Virus record (IMG/VR): IMGVR_UViG_3300031949_000088
Span: 1-41,034 of that record
DNA: 41,034 nucleotides
Reading direction: 5' to 3' (one strand)
Origin: a virus
Lineage: Duplodnaviria; Caudoviricetes
Below, piece by piece: positions 10,091 through 20,346 of the stretch (its first letter is position 1; each line of letters begins with the position of its first letter). Both the position numbers and the translations under genes were made by a program. The notes under the pieces were generated by a model. That model was given only the letters and a program-made list of their open reading frames with translations. It had not been told where the DNA came from and did no database searches.

Positions 10091-10476
10091 CACTGAGCCT
10101 ATGGGCGCTTGTTCTGGCTTTGGCTTCGGACGAAGACGATGAAGACGACGGCTACGCCCCAGCGATCGCGGAAGAGGAGGGCATTGTTTTGGAAAGACTA
10201 CCAGAGGAGGTTTTGACTTTGCAGCCGTTGATGGACTGGCTAAAGGAATTGCCGTTTCGACGGCAGTTGGCGACTTTCGCGGATGGCAACGGGTCGGACG
10301 TGGTGCTGTGTCTCGAATTTGACAGCCGCGATATTCCGTTCATCGTTCGCAAGGGCGTCGGCAACAATCTGTTCACGGCCATGTTGCAGGCGTGCATCCA
10401 TCTGACCAAGCCCGAGCATGAGCTGCACGAACCGTTTGCGCTTCACTCACTGACTCGGGTGGTGAGGGCCGAATGA
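10087..10476 (+). CDS. hypothetical protein with acidic patch
   Basis: GTG start overlapping the upstream stop; DEDDEDD patch. Confidence 0.55.
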   Translation: MTLSLWALVLALASDEDDEDDGYAPAIAEEEGIVLERLPEEVLTLQPLMDWLKELPFRRQLATFADGNGSDVVLCLEFDSRDIPFIVRKGVGNNLFTAMLQACIHLTKPEHELHEPFALHSLTRVVRAE

Positions 10477-10594
10477 GAAAACGGCTCAATTGCGGAACGC
10501 GGAGCCGCAACGAAACCAGAGTGATCGGATCGCCCAAGGTAGGCGTCATTTCCAGGTGCGACGGCTCACCGTCCAATATGGCCATCATTCTTGA

Positions 10595-11157
10595 GGGGCC
10601 GCCCGCCGTGGTTGAGTTATTTGATCCGCCTATCGATATCCCGTTTGTGGTCGAATTTGTGACCGTGACGTTCTGGATCAGGTTCCCATTCCCGGCCCGG
10701 ATATTGATCGCGGTACTAAACCCATCGAAGGTGCAGTTATTGACGTAAAGACCCTGCACCAGCGTGTTGCCAGCCGGTCCGACGGCTTCAGACCTGGTGC
10801 CCGCCGTGTTGGTGAAGGTGAAGTTTTGAACCGTGATGCCGTTGTAGGGCACGGCGTTGTAAGCGATCAGACGGGTGGAATTGGTGGCTGTGGTCCAAGT
10901 GGCCTTGCCGCCGTCGCCTCGCGTGGTGGTGTAGCCAATGAACTGCGTTTGAACTCCAGCGCCCCCGGCTATGGTGCAAGTAGCCGTCACTGTGTAGGTC
11001 CCGGACGCCTTCAGCCAAAGCGTGTTTCCCTGCTGAACCTGGGCGCATGGCAGATTCGGTAATGTGAGCGCCCCGCCGATCGCGAAGGTACCCGCCGTAC
11101 AGCCGACAGTTCCAGCAACGCGGTCTAGCGTCGCAGTGACCACCGCCACGCTCACTA
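10595..11157 (-). pseudogene. internal fragment of a beta-helix spike/adhesin-like protein
   Basis: Thr/Gly/Asn-rich with repeating V/I-x-N strands (ITVQNFTF, LYVNNCTFDG, LIQNVTVTN); no natural start or end; boundaries approximate. Confidence 0.55.
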
Positions 11158-11297
11158 CTTGATAAAACCCAACTGGTAGCCGTCCACGTTCCCTGTCACG
11201 GCAGCTAAGCACAAAGCGTTGTTGGTTGGACCGACTAGCACTGGATTCATGCCGCCTACCCACCAAGATGTGAAGAAACCAACGGTCAAGCCAGCTC

Positions 11298-12533
11298 TTA
11301 AAATTGCGCATAGGTCACAATCCCTCCCACCGTGGAAGCTGCACTGAAGTGAAGGCACACATCGCGGGCCGCTACCGTCGTCCGGAGAGCCCCGTTGTTC
11401 CCGAAGTCGAGAGCCAAGCCCAAGACGTTTTCGTAGGCCCCGGAGAGTGCGACCTGGTTTGTCGCGCATGTTGCGCCCGTGCCCTGCCGGATCGTCACGT
11501 CTGCTGATGTGTCGCTCGAAAAACTGAACCCGCAAATCTTCGTCACCGTGGATCCGCCGCCGTTCGTGACGATCACAACATCGGTGCCGGCCGCAAGCGT
11601 GATCGCCGCGCTGAGCGTGCATTGAAACTCACGGTTGTAGGTTGCACCGTTGAATAGCGATAGACCCGTGGAGAGCATGTTGGCTCCGTTGTCTCCGTCG
11701 TCCACTGCGTTCATGCCGAAGGCCTGACGCGCCAAGCCCCCAGCCGATGCAATACCGATCACAACCGGACCCTGAGTAGCAGGGATCACACCGCCCGCCG
11801 CCGTGACCCCAGCGACGAACGTGCCCGACACATTGCCGCGCTGCCGATCCCAGGTAGTGCCGTTGAACAGGTAGCCTCTGATTCGATTCGCGATCATGGT
11901 TGATCCCGCCAAATTCGTTTCCGCTAGCGCCGTGTTGCTGAGCGCGTCGGCGTCCGCGATCAAAGCGTTGGCAGCCGGTTGACCCGTAGCGTTCAAGGGA
12001 AGATATTGCGCCAGGCCGCCCGAATCGACTCCCCCGCCCGGAAGTGGATTCCCGGTTTGCGCGGCTCCGGCAGCTACAGGCCCTTGCACATCGATCAGCC
12101 CGCTAATGATCGCGGAGGCAGTCACCAGCGTGGAGCATCCGGGGTTTCTGCAGCCGTATAGAACGCCCCGGATTGACCCGGCCCCGGTCACGGATGCGAG
12201 CTGCACCCGGACGTAAGCATTGAAGCCGTCGAGATGCACGGAGGCCTGCGGACTCGCTGTGTTTGGATTCACGCCCTCGACGGCGGTACCCACGAACGTG
12301 ACCCAGCTCGCGTTATCGGGAGAGCTTTGAACCACGATGTTAAGCGCGGCGAATCCGCCCCCGACATTCAAATAGGCCATGCGCCAATCGGTGATGCCCT
12401 GTGTGTTATTCCCGCACCCGGTTGTAGCCGTGGCCTGCAATGCAGCGGTGAAGGTGAAGGGCACAACGCAGTCGGGCGTCTGCGCGAAGCCCAAACCGGC
12501 AAATAGAAATGTTGCAAGTAGTAGTTTTTGCAT
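11298..12533 (-). CDS. signal-peptide-bearing beta-rich spike/receptor-binding or surface protein
   Basis: MQKLLLATFLFAGLGFA-QT Sec signal; G/A/T/N-rich; repeated FNGTTW/FNGATY motif; TAAGCT 5 nt before ATG 12533. Confidence 0.7.
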   Translation of the reverse strand: MQKLLLATFLFAGLGFAQTPDCVVPFTFTAALQATATTGCGNNTQGITDWRMAYLNVGGGFAALNIVVQSSPDNASWVTFVGTAVEGVNPNTASPQASVHLDGFNAYVRVQLASVTGAGSIRGVLYGCRNPGCSTLVTASAIISGLIDVQGPVAAGAAQTGNPLPGGGVDSGGLAQYLPLNATGQPAANALIADADALSNTALAETNLAGSTMIANRIRGYLFNGTTWDRQRGNVSGTFVAGVTAAGGVIPATQGPVVIGIASAGGLARQAFGMNAVDDGDNGANMLSTGLSLFNGATYNREFQCTLSAAITLAAGTDVVIVTNGGGSTVTKICGFSFSSDTSADVTIRQGTGATCATNQVALSGAYENVLGLALDFGNNGALRTTVAARDVCLHFSAASTVGGIVTYAQF

Positions 12534-12637
12534 ACCCGAGCTTAGGCCAAAACTCGGAATTATGGAAGGGGCAAAAGGACAGGGGCCGCAACTCTCGCTG
12601 CGACCCCCGGATTCCACTGACCGACAACCTGATTCCG

Positions 12638-12901
12638 TTATAGCATTTTCAATCCCCGCGTGCGGGGGTGTTGCGCCTGCGCAGCCGATTCGCCGACGAT
12701 CATGCCCCCGCCCAGCACGGGAATACCGTTTGCTTCCACGGAATCGGCTACGCGCGTCCACTCTTCGATACAGGCGTTTCGCATGGTGATGACTTGGCCG
12801 GGCGTGGCGATCAGATCGGGGCGGGGCTGGCCATCGACTACGATGGAGATTCTGTAGCCTGAGTAGTTCGATTTGGGCGTGGTGGTGATGACGACGCGCA
12901 T
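12638..12901 (-). CDS. hypothetical protein co-transcribed with ardC
   Basis: Starts 4 nt after the ardC stop. Confidence 0.55.
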   Translation of the reverse strand: MRVVITTTPKSNYSGYRISIVVDGQPRPDLIATPGQVITMRNACIEEWTRVADSVEANGIPVLGGGMIVGESAAQAQHPRTRGLKML

Positions 12902-12904
12902 GGG

Positions 12905-13909
12905 TTAGACCCCCGCTCCCACCAGTTCCCGCTCCACGGCGGGGGCCGCATCTTCGGCCCCCTCTTCGGCGATCGCGGGCAACGCTTCACCCTGAGCGCG
13001 TGCGATCAAAAAATCAACGGCCTGCTGTGCCTTGCTCGATGCGGTGAAGATCGCGTATTTGTCACCCTTCAGAACGTCCAGCCAATGCTTGACGTATTTC
13101 GCGTGATCCTCGCGCGGGGCACTCTCGATCCCCAGCATGACGCACATGAAAGCCGCGCCGATTTCCGCTATCAGCTCTTCAGCAGCATAGCCCAAAGTGC
13201 CGAAACGCTTGGACAGGTCACGATCCAAGCGCGAGCTGTGACCGGTCCAGTGGGTAAACTCATGGGCCAGGGTGCCGTAGTAGGGCACCGCGCTATCGAA
13301 CTGGGACAGGTGCGGCATTTGGACGTGATCGAACAACGGCGAATAGTGGGCGGAGTTTCCGCCGTGGCGGAGATCGACATTGCAGCCCGCGAAAAACTCT
13401 TCGGCGGCCTGAAAGCGTTCCGGCTCGGGGCGGATCGTTTCCGGCTTGGGGGTGTAGCCGTCCACTTGCGCAGCGTTGAAAACGTAGTAAGCGCGGGCCA
13501 GCACCGCGCGACGGCGTAGGCTCACCACTTCCCCATCGGCCCCGCCAGCGTCGCCGGATTCGCCGGAATCGGCCTTGCGCTTGCCCTTCACGGTATCGAA
13601 CTTCCAGAAAACGATTTGCGTGCCGTTCGATCCGCGCTTGACTTGGGCCCCGCGTTCCGCCCATTGCTTGTACGTGCCCCATTCGCCCGAAGTAAAGCCG
13701 TTTTTGGCCGCCGATGCCATGAGGCACAGAATGTTAATTCCCCGGTAGGGCTTGCGGCTTTCAAAGTTGATCGGTGAGCCAGCATGGCCCGCTACAGTGT
13801 GCCAGGGGCGTTTCCAGTTTCCATCGGCTAGCCCGGACTCGATAGCCTCAACAATCGCGTTCGTGACGGTCTGGTACAGGTCGAATTTTTCGGTAGTGGG
13901 TGACTTCAT
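12905..13909 (-). CDS. ardC: ArdC-family antirestriction protein (ssDNA-binding domain plus zincin-like domain)
   Basis: W.RPW, Y.GIN, WGTYKQW...GAQV, VFNAAQVDG, LAHEFTHWTGH..RL.R, YAAEELIAEIGAAF. Confidence 0.93.
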   Translation of the reverse strand: MKSPTTEKFDLYQTVTNAIVEAIESGLADGNWKRPWHTVAGHAGSPINFESRKPYRGINILCLMASAAKNGFTSGEWGTYKQWAERGAQVKRGSNGTQIVFWKFDTVKGKRKADSGESGDAGGADGEVVSLRRRAVLARAYYVFNAAQVDGYTPKPETIRPEPERFQAAEEFFAGCNVDLRHGGNSAHYSPLFDHVQMPHLSQFDSAVPYYGTLAHEFTHWTGHSSRLDRDLSKRFGTLGYAAEELIAEIGAAFMCVMLGIESAPREDHAKYVKHWLDVLKGDKYAIFTASSKAQQAVDFLIARAQGEALPAIAEEGAEDAAPAVERELVGAGV

Positions 13910-13983
13910 GCTTTAACTATAGGGGCCGATTTTGGACGCTCAAATGGTCCATGGGTACCGATTCCGAGGGCAAAAAGCCTTAG
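13907..13983 (-). promoter_or_regulatory. leaderless ardC promoter; conserved upstream element copy 1
   Basis: TATAGT 6 nt before ATG; colinear similarity to 20344-20421. Confidence 0.6.
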
Positions 13984-14036
13984 CCGGATCTAGGGGCTTT
14001 TTTCGATTGACATATCCCGCAGAGTATTTCCTACAG

Positions 14037-14071
14037 TTGACACTCGGCACCGGCGCGGGTACCCTTTTCCC
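14037..14071 (+). promoter_or_regulatory. sigma70-type leaderless promoter
   Basis: TTGACA 14037-14042, 17 bp, TACCCT 14060-14065, 6 nt, ATG 14072; a second TTGACA lies at 14007. Confidence 0.65.
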
Positions 14072-14389
14072 ATGCCCCAAGCCATCCTACGCATGAACGA
14101 AGAGCGAACCGCTTTTCAGGTCCAGGTCGATGAACAGGAATTCGAAACCGCCGCGTGGCCTCAGTCGCAATTGCAGCTCATGCAGGACCCCAGCGGTGTG
14201 GTCTATGCCGCTGTGCTCGATGGCTGCGAAAGCCTGAAGCCCTACACGGTTTACAGGCTCGAAGCACTGCCCACAATGACTGTCAACGAAGAGTTCGAAG
14301 AAGACGACGACGACGAATTTGACCCTGCCGACGCCGAAGAAGAAGACGACGACGATGAGGACGACGACGATGAGGACGACAAAGAGTGA
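14072..14389 (+). CDS. highly acidic protein with poly-D/E tail
   Basis: Last ~30 aa almost entirely Asp/Glu. Confidence 0.75.
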   Translation: MPQAILRMNEERTAFQVQVDEQEFETAAWPQSQLQLMQDPSGVVYAAVLDGCESLKPYTVYRLEALPTMTVNEEFEEDDDDEFDPADAEEEDDDDEDDDDEDDKE

Positions 14390-14972
14390 TCCACGTACCG
14401 CCCCCGCCTTCGAACACGCCGCCGTCGCCGGTTCCCGATCTGGAACTGGCAATCCGGGAGTCCGGGCAACGGTTCGAACAATCGCTACGCCGTGAGCTGG
14501 GGATGGCCTCTAGCTTTGTGGACATCGACCAGTACGTGCGCAATTACAAAACCGAGCTGCGGGCGTTCCATGCGGACCTGGTGAAGCGGGGCCTTGCTCA
14601 GTGATCGTAGTTCCCGGCGTTCACAATCTGAAAATCACCCGCCACCTTCCAGGCCTTGCGCAGCGAGACAAAAATGGGAAGATCCCTTTCTATCGCGCGA
14701 GGATCATCAACCAAAGCCCGCGCGTGCAATGGGCCGAGACAAATCACCCCGAGCACAAGCTGGTGTTTTTCATCGGCGAGACGTACATGTACTGGTGCCC
14801 TAAGTGCCAGGACACCATCTATCAGGAAGAAGTCAGCAGGCGGGGCCGGTTCACTTGCCCCCTTTGCGAAGTCCGCGTGCTGGCGCTCAGTCCGGGGGAC
14901 TGGGTGCGGATGCACTACCGGTTCCACCCGACGAACGAATGGGGCCGCTGGTATGGCCAGCGCATCTTATGA
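14386..14972 (+). other. two coupled hypothetical genes (14386-14604; 14601-14972 with two CxxC)
   Basis: GTGA overlaps; CPKC...CPLC. Confidence 0.6.
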
Positions 14973-15232
14973 ACAAACTCCACCACTACCCCGCCCTGCT
15001 ACCCCAGCTCCGTGACGAAGCGGCCCTGACCTATGCGCAGATTGCATCCCGCGTCGATGTGACCGTGGGCGCGGTCATGAAGTGGAAAACCAAGGGCATC
15101 ACGATCGAGGGAATCGTGAAGCTGCTGGAATTGTCGACGGCGCTGAAACTTCGGTGCTCTCAAAAGTTCGCCCACGCTTTGCAGGACCAGTGCGGCAAGG
15201 GCGTTGCCGTCGTGGTGAAGTTCAAGCCCTGA
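14969..15232 (+). CDS. Cro/XRE-like helix-turn-helix protein
   Basis: LRDEAALTYAQIASRVDVTVGAVMKWK; ATGA overlap at 14969. Confidence 0.7.
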   Translation: MNKLHHYPALLPQLRDEAALTYAQIASRVDVTVGAVMKWKTKGITIEGIVKLLELSTALKLRCSQKFAHALQDQCGKGVAVVVKFKP

Positions 15233-15242
15233 GGTCAAAGCC

Positions 15243-15698
15243 GTGCCCATCCCCCAGCATCTCCGCGTGTTCTACGGCAAGGAATGGCGCGAAGTCACCA
15301 GGCCGCGAATCTTGGCGCGGGCAACCAACAAATGCGAAAAGTGCGGGGTACCGAATCGGGAGACGGTATTGCGCACCGGGGGGTGGTGGCTCGAATTTAA
15401 GGTGAGCTGGAAAGATCGAGTGCAGCGGATGTGGCGAGACCAGCTCGGGCTACCGCGCGGATCGCGCAGGCCGAAGGGAACGAAGGTTCGCCGCGTGAAA
15501 ATCGTTCTCACCATCGCGCATCTCGACCAAACACCGGGCCATGACCATGACGACAACTTGGCCGCGATGTGCCAGTGGTGCCATCTGAGCTACGACCGGG
15601 AGCAACACATGAAAAACGGACGCGAGACAAGGATGGACCGCAAGGACGCGGAACGACCGCTGTTAGCAACTGCCCATGCCGAAAGTGAAAGACTATGA
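15243..15698 (+). CDS. HNH endonuclease-family protein
   Basis: CEKCG...VLTIAHLD...NLAAMCQWCHL. Confidence 0.85.
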   Translation: MPIPQHLRVFYGKEWREVTRPRILARATNKCEKCGVPNRETVLRTGGWWLEFKVSWKDRVQRMWRDQLGLPRGSRRPKGTKVRRVKIVLTIAHLDQTPGHDHDDNLAAMCQWCHLSYDREQHMKNGRETRMDRKDAERPLLATAHAESERL

Positions 15699-17288
15699 GC
15701 GAAACTACAGAACAACCAACGCAAGTGTTTGACACAGCCGAGGCCGAGCGGATCGCCGCATGGTGGACCCGGTTTAGACAGCTTCGGAAGCAACGCGAAC
15801 GTGAAAAAGCGTCCATCGAAGCTGCCAACAGGGCACGTAAAGGAGAGCAAAAATGAAAACCCGACAAGCGAACGGCAATAAGACATCGGACTACCAAGCC
15901 TACCTTGCGATCCGCTCCATGACCGGCGAGATCGTTGCGGAGAAAATAGCCCTGCTGGAACGCGAGTATCACGCATGGCTCGGGGTGAGCTTCAGCGACG
16001 ACGGCCTGCTGAACCGTGAGCCCACCAGGTGGAGCCGCTGGAAATGGAACGTGCTGTTTTTCCTGTGGCCCTCTACGATCTTCCGGCAACAAATCGAAGC
16101 CATGGCGATCGCGCTCAATCAAGCATGGCTATCGAACAACGCGGGCAGACAGCAGCAGGCCGAAGCACAGAACTATATCCGGCTGGCGGCCGAGGTTCGG
16201 GAGCTACACAAATTTCTGACGGCTCACTTCCCCGAGGAAATGATCGTCGCGGAGTCGGCTCAAACCAGCAATTTCCAGGTCGCGAAAGATATCATGCTGA
16301 GGGCCAGAAGGCCGAAGTCCAACATTGCCGAAGTTCCAGATCCCTTTAGTGGATTCCAGCGAGTATCGACCAGCATGAAAGTTCCGAACGGGTATGAACT
16401 ATGGGTTGATCCATCGGGCCGGGAAGGTGATGGATTTTGGGTCGCTGTCGCAGACAGCTTTCGAGCTGCATCTTTGGGCTTGCATAGGCAAGGCCCCCCC
16501 GGAGCGTCCGAAAACTAGTAGTCTTAAACCAATATGCAGCCTCAGCAGCCAGGTCAACACAATTTGAGTATGCCGACCAGCATGGACATCGGCCAGCTTC
16601 AAGCGTCTCTAGCGGTGTCGCAAGGTGAGCTTGGTTTGTGGCAAGTGAAGTACAACGCGCTCACCGATCACGGGCGGCGCCAGCGATGTTTGGTCGACCT
16701 GGTTTGCCGGCGCGTATTCGCCGAGGGCACAAAAGACGAACTGGCCGCGCTGAAACGCTTCATGGAATCGCACAAGACGGTCGATGAAGCGGAGCTGCAA
16801 ATTGTCGAACTTCAGCTTGCCCAGTTGAAAGCCAAGTGCTCAATCCTACAGTCCGCGATCGAGGAGCTGGGCAAGCGCGGGCAGGTTTCTTCCGTGATCG
16901 CGGGTCCGCACGCAGCAGGCAAGCGAATTCATATCCCAGGGCAGTGATTACCAGGAAGCCAGTTGCGGTAGCGTCGAACGTCGAACAGATGCGAGTCGAG
17001 CTGTATTCGAAAGCGGCCATGGCCAAAAAGATGGCCCGCTACGATGAGGCACGGCACCTGTATTGGATCTGGTGTTGCGCTCAATCCGGCGACTCGATCC
17101 CTTGGGAACAACTGACCGCCCCGGTTCAAATGGCGTGGCTTGAAATCGTGGAACACTACGAACCGCGCGAGTGCAAGGAATGCGGGGGAGAATTGTTCTG
17201 TGCCGAGTGCGCGGCTAAAGAAGCCCGCAAAGCCCGCGAGAAGATGCTGAGTAAGCTGGCACGAAAACCCCGCAACAAAATCGACTGA
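15695..17288 (+). other. coupled hypothetical genes (15695-15856, 15853-16518, 16534-16947 coiled-coil, ~16944-17288 Zn-finger)
   Basis: Start/stop overlaps, AGGAG SD at 15841, CKECG..CAEC. Confidence 0.6.
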
Positions 17289-17308
17289 TCCCGTGTATAC
17301 TTGCCGCT

Positions 17309-17800
17309 ATGAGCGCAATCAATCTAGTCCCAGCATCGCTAGGCCGGTTTATGACCCGATCCAGTCGCCTAGTTGAAATCACCGGATCGGAACAAGTCAA
17401 AGCCCCCAAACCTGGCGGTGGCACGATGACTAAAACGGTGTTCACCGGAACGCTGTTCAAGATGGATGGCAGGACCATCGATAGCAAACACCGCTGGGAT
17501 CTGTCTGGCCAGTTCGCGAATCAGCAGGGCGTGTCAAGCAACTACGACCTGTGCCAACGGATCGGCGGCCCAGCTCCCGAAACGTCCTCTGAAGCGGTTG
17601 CCGAAACTCCCGCGATCGCAGCGCCCGAAGATATCAACGCCGTTCTTTTCCCCTACGCCGAACCGGGCGAAACGGCGGTGGACACACTCAAGCGGCTGCT
17701 GGGCGAACTCGAAGAGCTGCGCAACGCCCAGGGCGTCGAGGCGCGGCCCGCTACCAAGCGCAAGGCCGCCGTGAAGAAAAAGGCCGCTGGCCGAAAGTAA
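17309..17800 (+). CDS. hypothetical protein with basic C-terminal tail
   Basis: TATACT 7 nt before ATG; KRKAAVKKKAAGRK tail; followed by a terminator. Confidence 0.7.
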   Translation: MSAINLVPASLGRFMTRSSRLVEITGSEQVKAPKPGGGTMTKTVFTGTLFKMDGRTIDSKHRWDLSGQFANQQGVSSNYDLCQRIGGPAPETSSEAVAETPAIAAPEDINAVLFPYAEPGETAVDTLKRLLGELEELRNAQGVEARPATKRKAAVKKKAAGRK

Positions 17801-17822
17801 GCGTTCCGTCTCTCTTGACATG

Positions 17823-17855
17823 GGGCCGGGGGTAAACCCCGGCCCTCTTTTTTTT
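17823..17855 (+). terminator. intrinsic terminator
   Basis: GGGCCGGGG-gtaaa-CCCCGGCCC stem followed by TC and T8. Confidence 0.85.
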
Positions 17856-17868
17856 GTACGATAGTCCC

Positions 17869-18435
17869 ATGCTTGTGATGCGCGGGCTCGGGCTTCTTAT
17901 TCAGCAACCGGTCAATGGCCGCGTATCGTCTCCGTTCGGAATGCGCAACGCTCCCACTGAAGGCGCAAGCACAAACCACAAGGGCATGGACTACGCCGTG
18001 CCGGTCGGAACTCCGGTTTCCGCGGCTGCCGGTGGAACTGTTTCTTTCTCGGGAGTTCAAAGCGGATTCGGCAACGTCGTCAAGATCAATCACGGCGGGG
18101 GCTACGTTTCGACCTATGCGCATTTGTCTCAAGCTCTGGTCAAGCAAGGGGACGCAGTGCAGGCGGGACAATTGATCGCGCTCTCGGGCGCGACGGGAAC
18201 CGTGACCGGTCCCAATCTTCATTTCCAGGTGGACTTGAACGGAACGCCTACCGATCCGGCTTCACTCTTTGGGGGGGGGATACCGCCTGTGTCGGGCGTC
18301 GAGCCGACATTGTTGCCCGATGCGGGTTTGTTCGATTTCGGCACCGTGGAGCTGGGCGGGCTCCAGGTGCCGATCGCGGGCTTAGCGCTGGGGGCGCTGG
18401 CTATCGTTGTGGTGATATACCTGGCACGGCGCTAG
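17869..18435 (+). CDS. M23 peptidase with GLG leader and C-terminal membrane anchor
   Basis: HKGMD (HxxxD), YAHL, GPNLHF (HxH variant); C-terminal TM plus RR; TACGAT 6 nt before ATG 17869. Confidence 0.9.
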   Translation: MLVMRGLGLLIQQPVNGRVSSPFGMRNAPTEGASTNHKGMDYAVPVGTPVSAAAGGTVSFSGVQSGFGNVVKINHGGGYVSTYAHLSQALVKQGDAVQAGQLIALSGATGTVTGPNLHFQVDLNGTPTDPASLFGGGIPPVSGVEPTLLPDAGLFDFGTVELGGLQVPIAGLALGALAIVVVIYLARR

Positions 18436-18626
18436 GCGTCTGTCTTTGGCTGATTCTTGGACCCAGGAGGCCGCCCGCGCCGTTTGGTCTCCGCAAGGGC
18501 CTGTTTCCACTTCGGAGGCCGCCCGCGTCGTTTCTGGCCCGATGCGAGGCCTTCAAATGTCCGTATGGCGTCGTCAATTCGTTCGCGCTCCGTGCGCAAC
18601 GCTTCTAGTATCTTGTGGTAGTCCAA
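18432..18626 (-). CDS. coiled-coil protein with two AT-hooks, nucleoid-associated-like
   Basis: TTG start after AAAGGA; ILEALRTERERIDDAIRTFE then KRRGRPP twice. Confidence 0.8.
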   Translation of the reverse strand: MDYHKILEALRTERERIDDAIRTFEGLASGQKRRGRPPKWKQALAETKRRGRPPGSKNQPKTDA

Positions 18627-20346
18627 TGGGTTCCTTTCGGTCAGTGGAAAAGCCAACTGGTGCGGCAAGCTCCGCAAGGGCTTCGCGGAACAATTCGCAC
18701 CAGTCACACACGCGGTATCGGCTGGGATCACCGCAAAAATAACAGGTCACGGTACGCGGTCTGCATCGCATCATGAACTGTTAGTGTCGTTTGGGGCCGG
18801 ATCATATCACCGGATTTTTCCGAATTGCCCGCCCCATCCAGAATTCGGCCTTGGCTCTCAACTGGTCCGATATCAGCCTGCCGATTTCGCGTTCAAGGGC
18901 ATCGTCGGACCAGTCTAGTATCAAATGGTCCGCTGCTGAATCATAAGCAGCGGCATAGCTTTCCTGCCGTCTCCGAATGTAAGCGTCCCACGCTTCTCCC
19001 TTTTTGCGGTTCACCGGCTCGGTCACAGGCGCGATTCCAGATCATCGCAGAGCGTGGACTTGACCTGATTGAGCAAGGGCACCAGCGGGGCCGTGCCCGC
19101 CCATATCTGACCCTTGGGGCCTACCAGCTCCGCAGTCAGATTGCAGGCATCGTCGCCCGTGTCGGTAACGGTCAGGGTGTAGCGGACGGTCTGAGCTTTC
19201 ATATTTTCTTAATCTCCCAGTTGGTTTCGGGGCCGATGACGCCAACGAATTCACCGGCTTTGTTGTACAGGTGGTGATGGAACAAGGGCGCATTCGGTCC
19301 CCAGGACTCTATGGTTTGAACGCGGGCAATGCCGTAGAACACAGCAGCGGTCTTGACGCGGCCAAAACGATCCGGCTCTTTGTAGACGAACAGACATTCG
19401 TGCTGTGGTTCTGGCAGCAGTCCCAGCTCCCGAAGATCGTCGCAGATGCTCACTTGTGACTCCCTTGAAAAAGTGAAGGGGCCGCGAATAGCGGCCCGTC
19501 GATTGGTGAAAGTGATCGGCTACCGTAACGCCAGTCTAGAGTCATGGCGCGGGCGCTGGCAATGGACAGCTCGGGGCAAAGGGGCGCGGGCTCGATCCGC
19601 ATGAGGAACGGCTGGACCTTGCGGATAAACACCCCGCGCCGGGAACGGTGCAACACGCGAGAATCGTATATCATGCGTTTGCCTTGGGCGGTGCGGGAGT
19701 ACCGGTGAGCAGACGCGCCGTTGCAATCAAATCTTCCAAGGTGCGCACCGCGTCGTCTCCGGTGTGCTCGAAGGTTTCTCCGTCTGGCATCACTTCCCCG
19801 CCCGCGAACATGCGGGCCACGAGCTGGGCAAAGTCCCGCAGCTCCGCATAGCTGGCCGTGGCGTGTTCCTTGCGCCCCTCGATCCGGCACGCTTCACGCA
19901 TTGCAAATGTAGCCGCTTCGGTCAGGTCCACGCCTAGCGCGTGGGCCTCTGCTGGGTTAAAGCTCGCGCGAACTCCGGGAATGGTCACGTCTACAGACGC
20001 CCGGGGATTTTGGGGATAGGGTGGCTTGCCTCCCCTGGTGCGCACGTTGGCGCTGCTATTCACTTGGTGTCTCACAGGCCCCTCCAGAACTTCACGGGAT
20101 CGGCCATCACTTGCCGCCGTGTTTCGGCGTCGGCACAGTACAGCGCCCCGACACAGGCCACGGTGACGGAAGAGAAAAAAGAAAGCAGCGCCATGGCGAT
20201 ATCGGCGATCATGCCCGCCTCCGCGCCATCTCGATATCGCTTTCAGCTTCGCCGGAATACAGGACAGCCCCCGCAGGCGGATTGCAGCGTGGGCAGGGTA
20301 CGTTTGTGGTCGGTGTGGTGGCCGGGACATTGTTGAGTGTTGCCAT
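18574..20346 (-). other. leftward operon of small hypothetical genes (e.g. 18802-19026, 19023-19202, 19199-19453, 19450-19674, 19671-20063, 20209-20346)
   Basis: Chain of 4-nt start/stop overlaps; CATAAT 7 nt before ATG 20346. Confidence 0.55.

Noticed and set aside
14251-14481. Poly-Ser ORF on the minus strand
   Set aside because: Antisense reading of the GAC/GAA codons of the acidic tail
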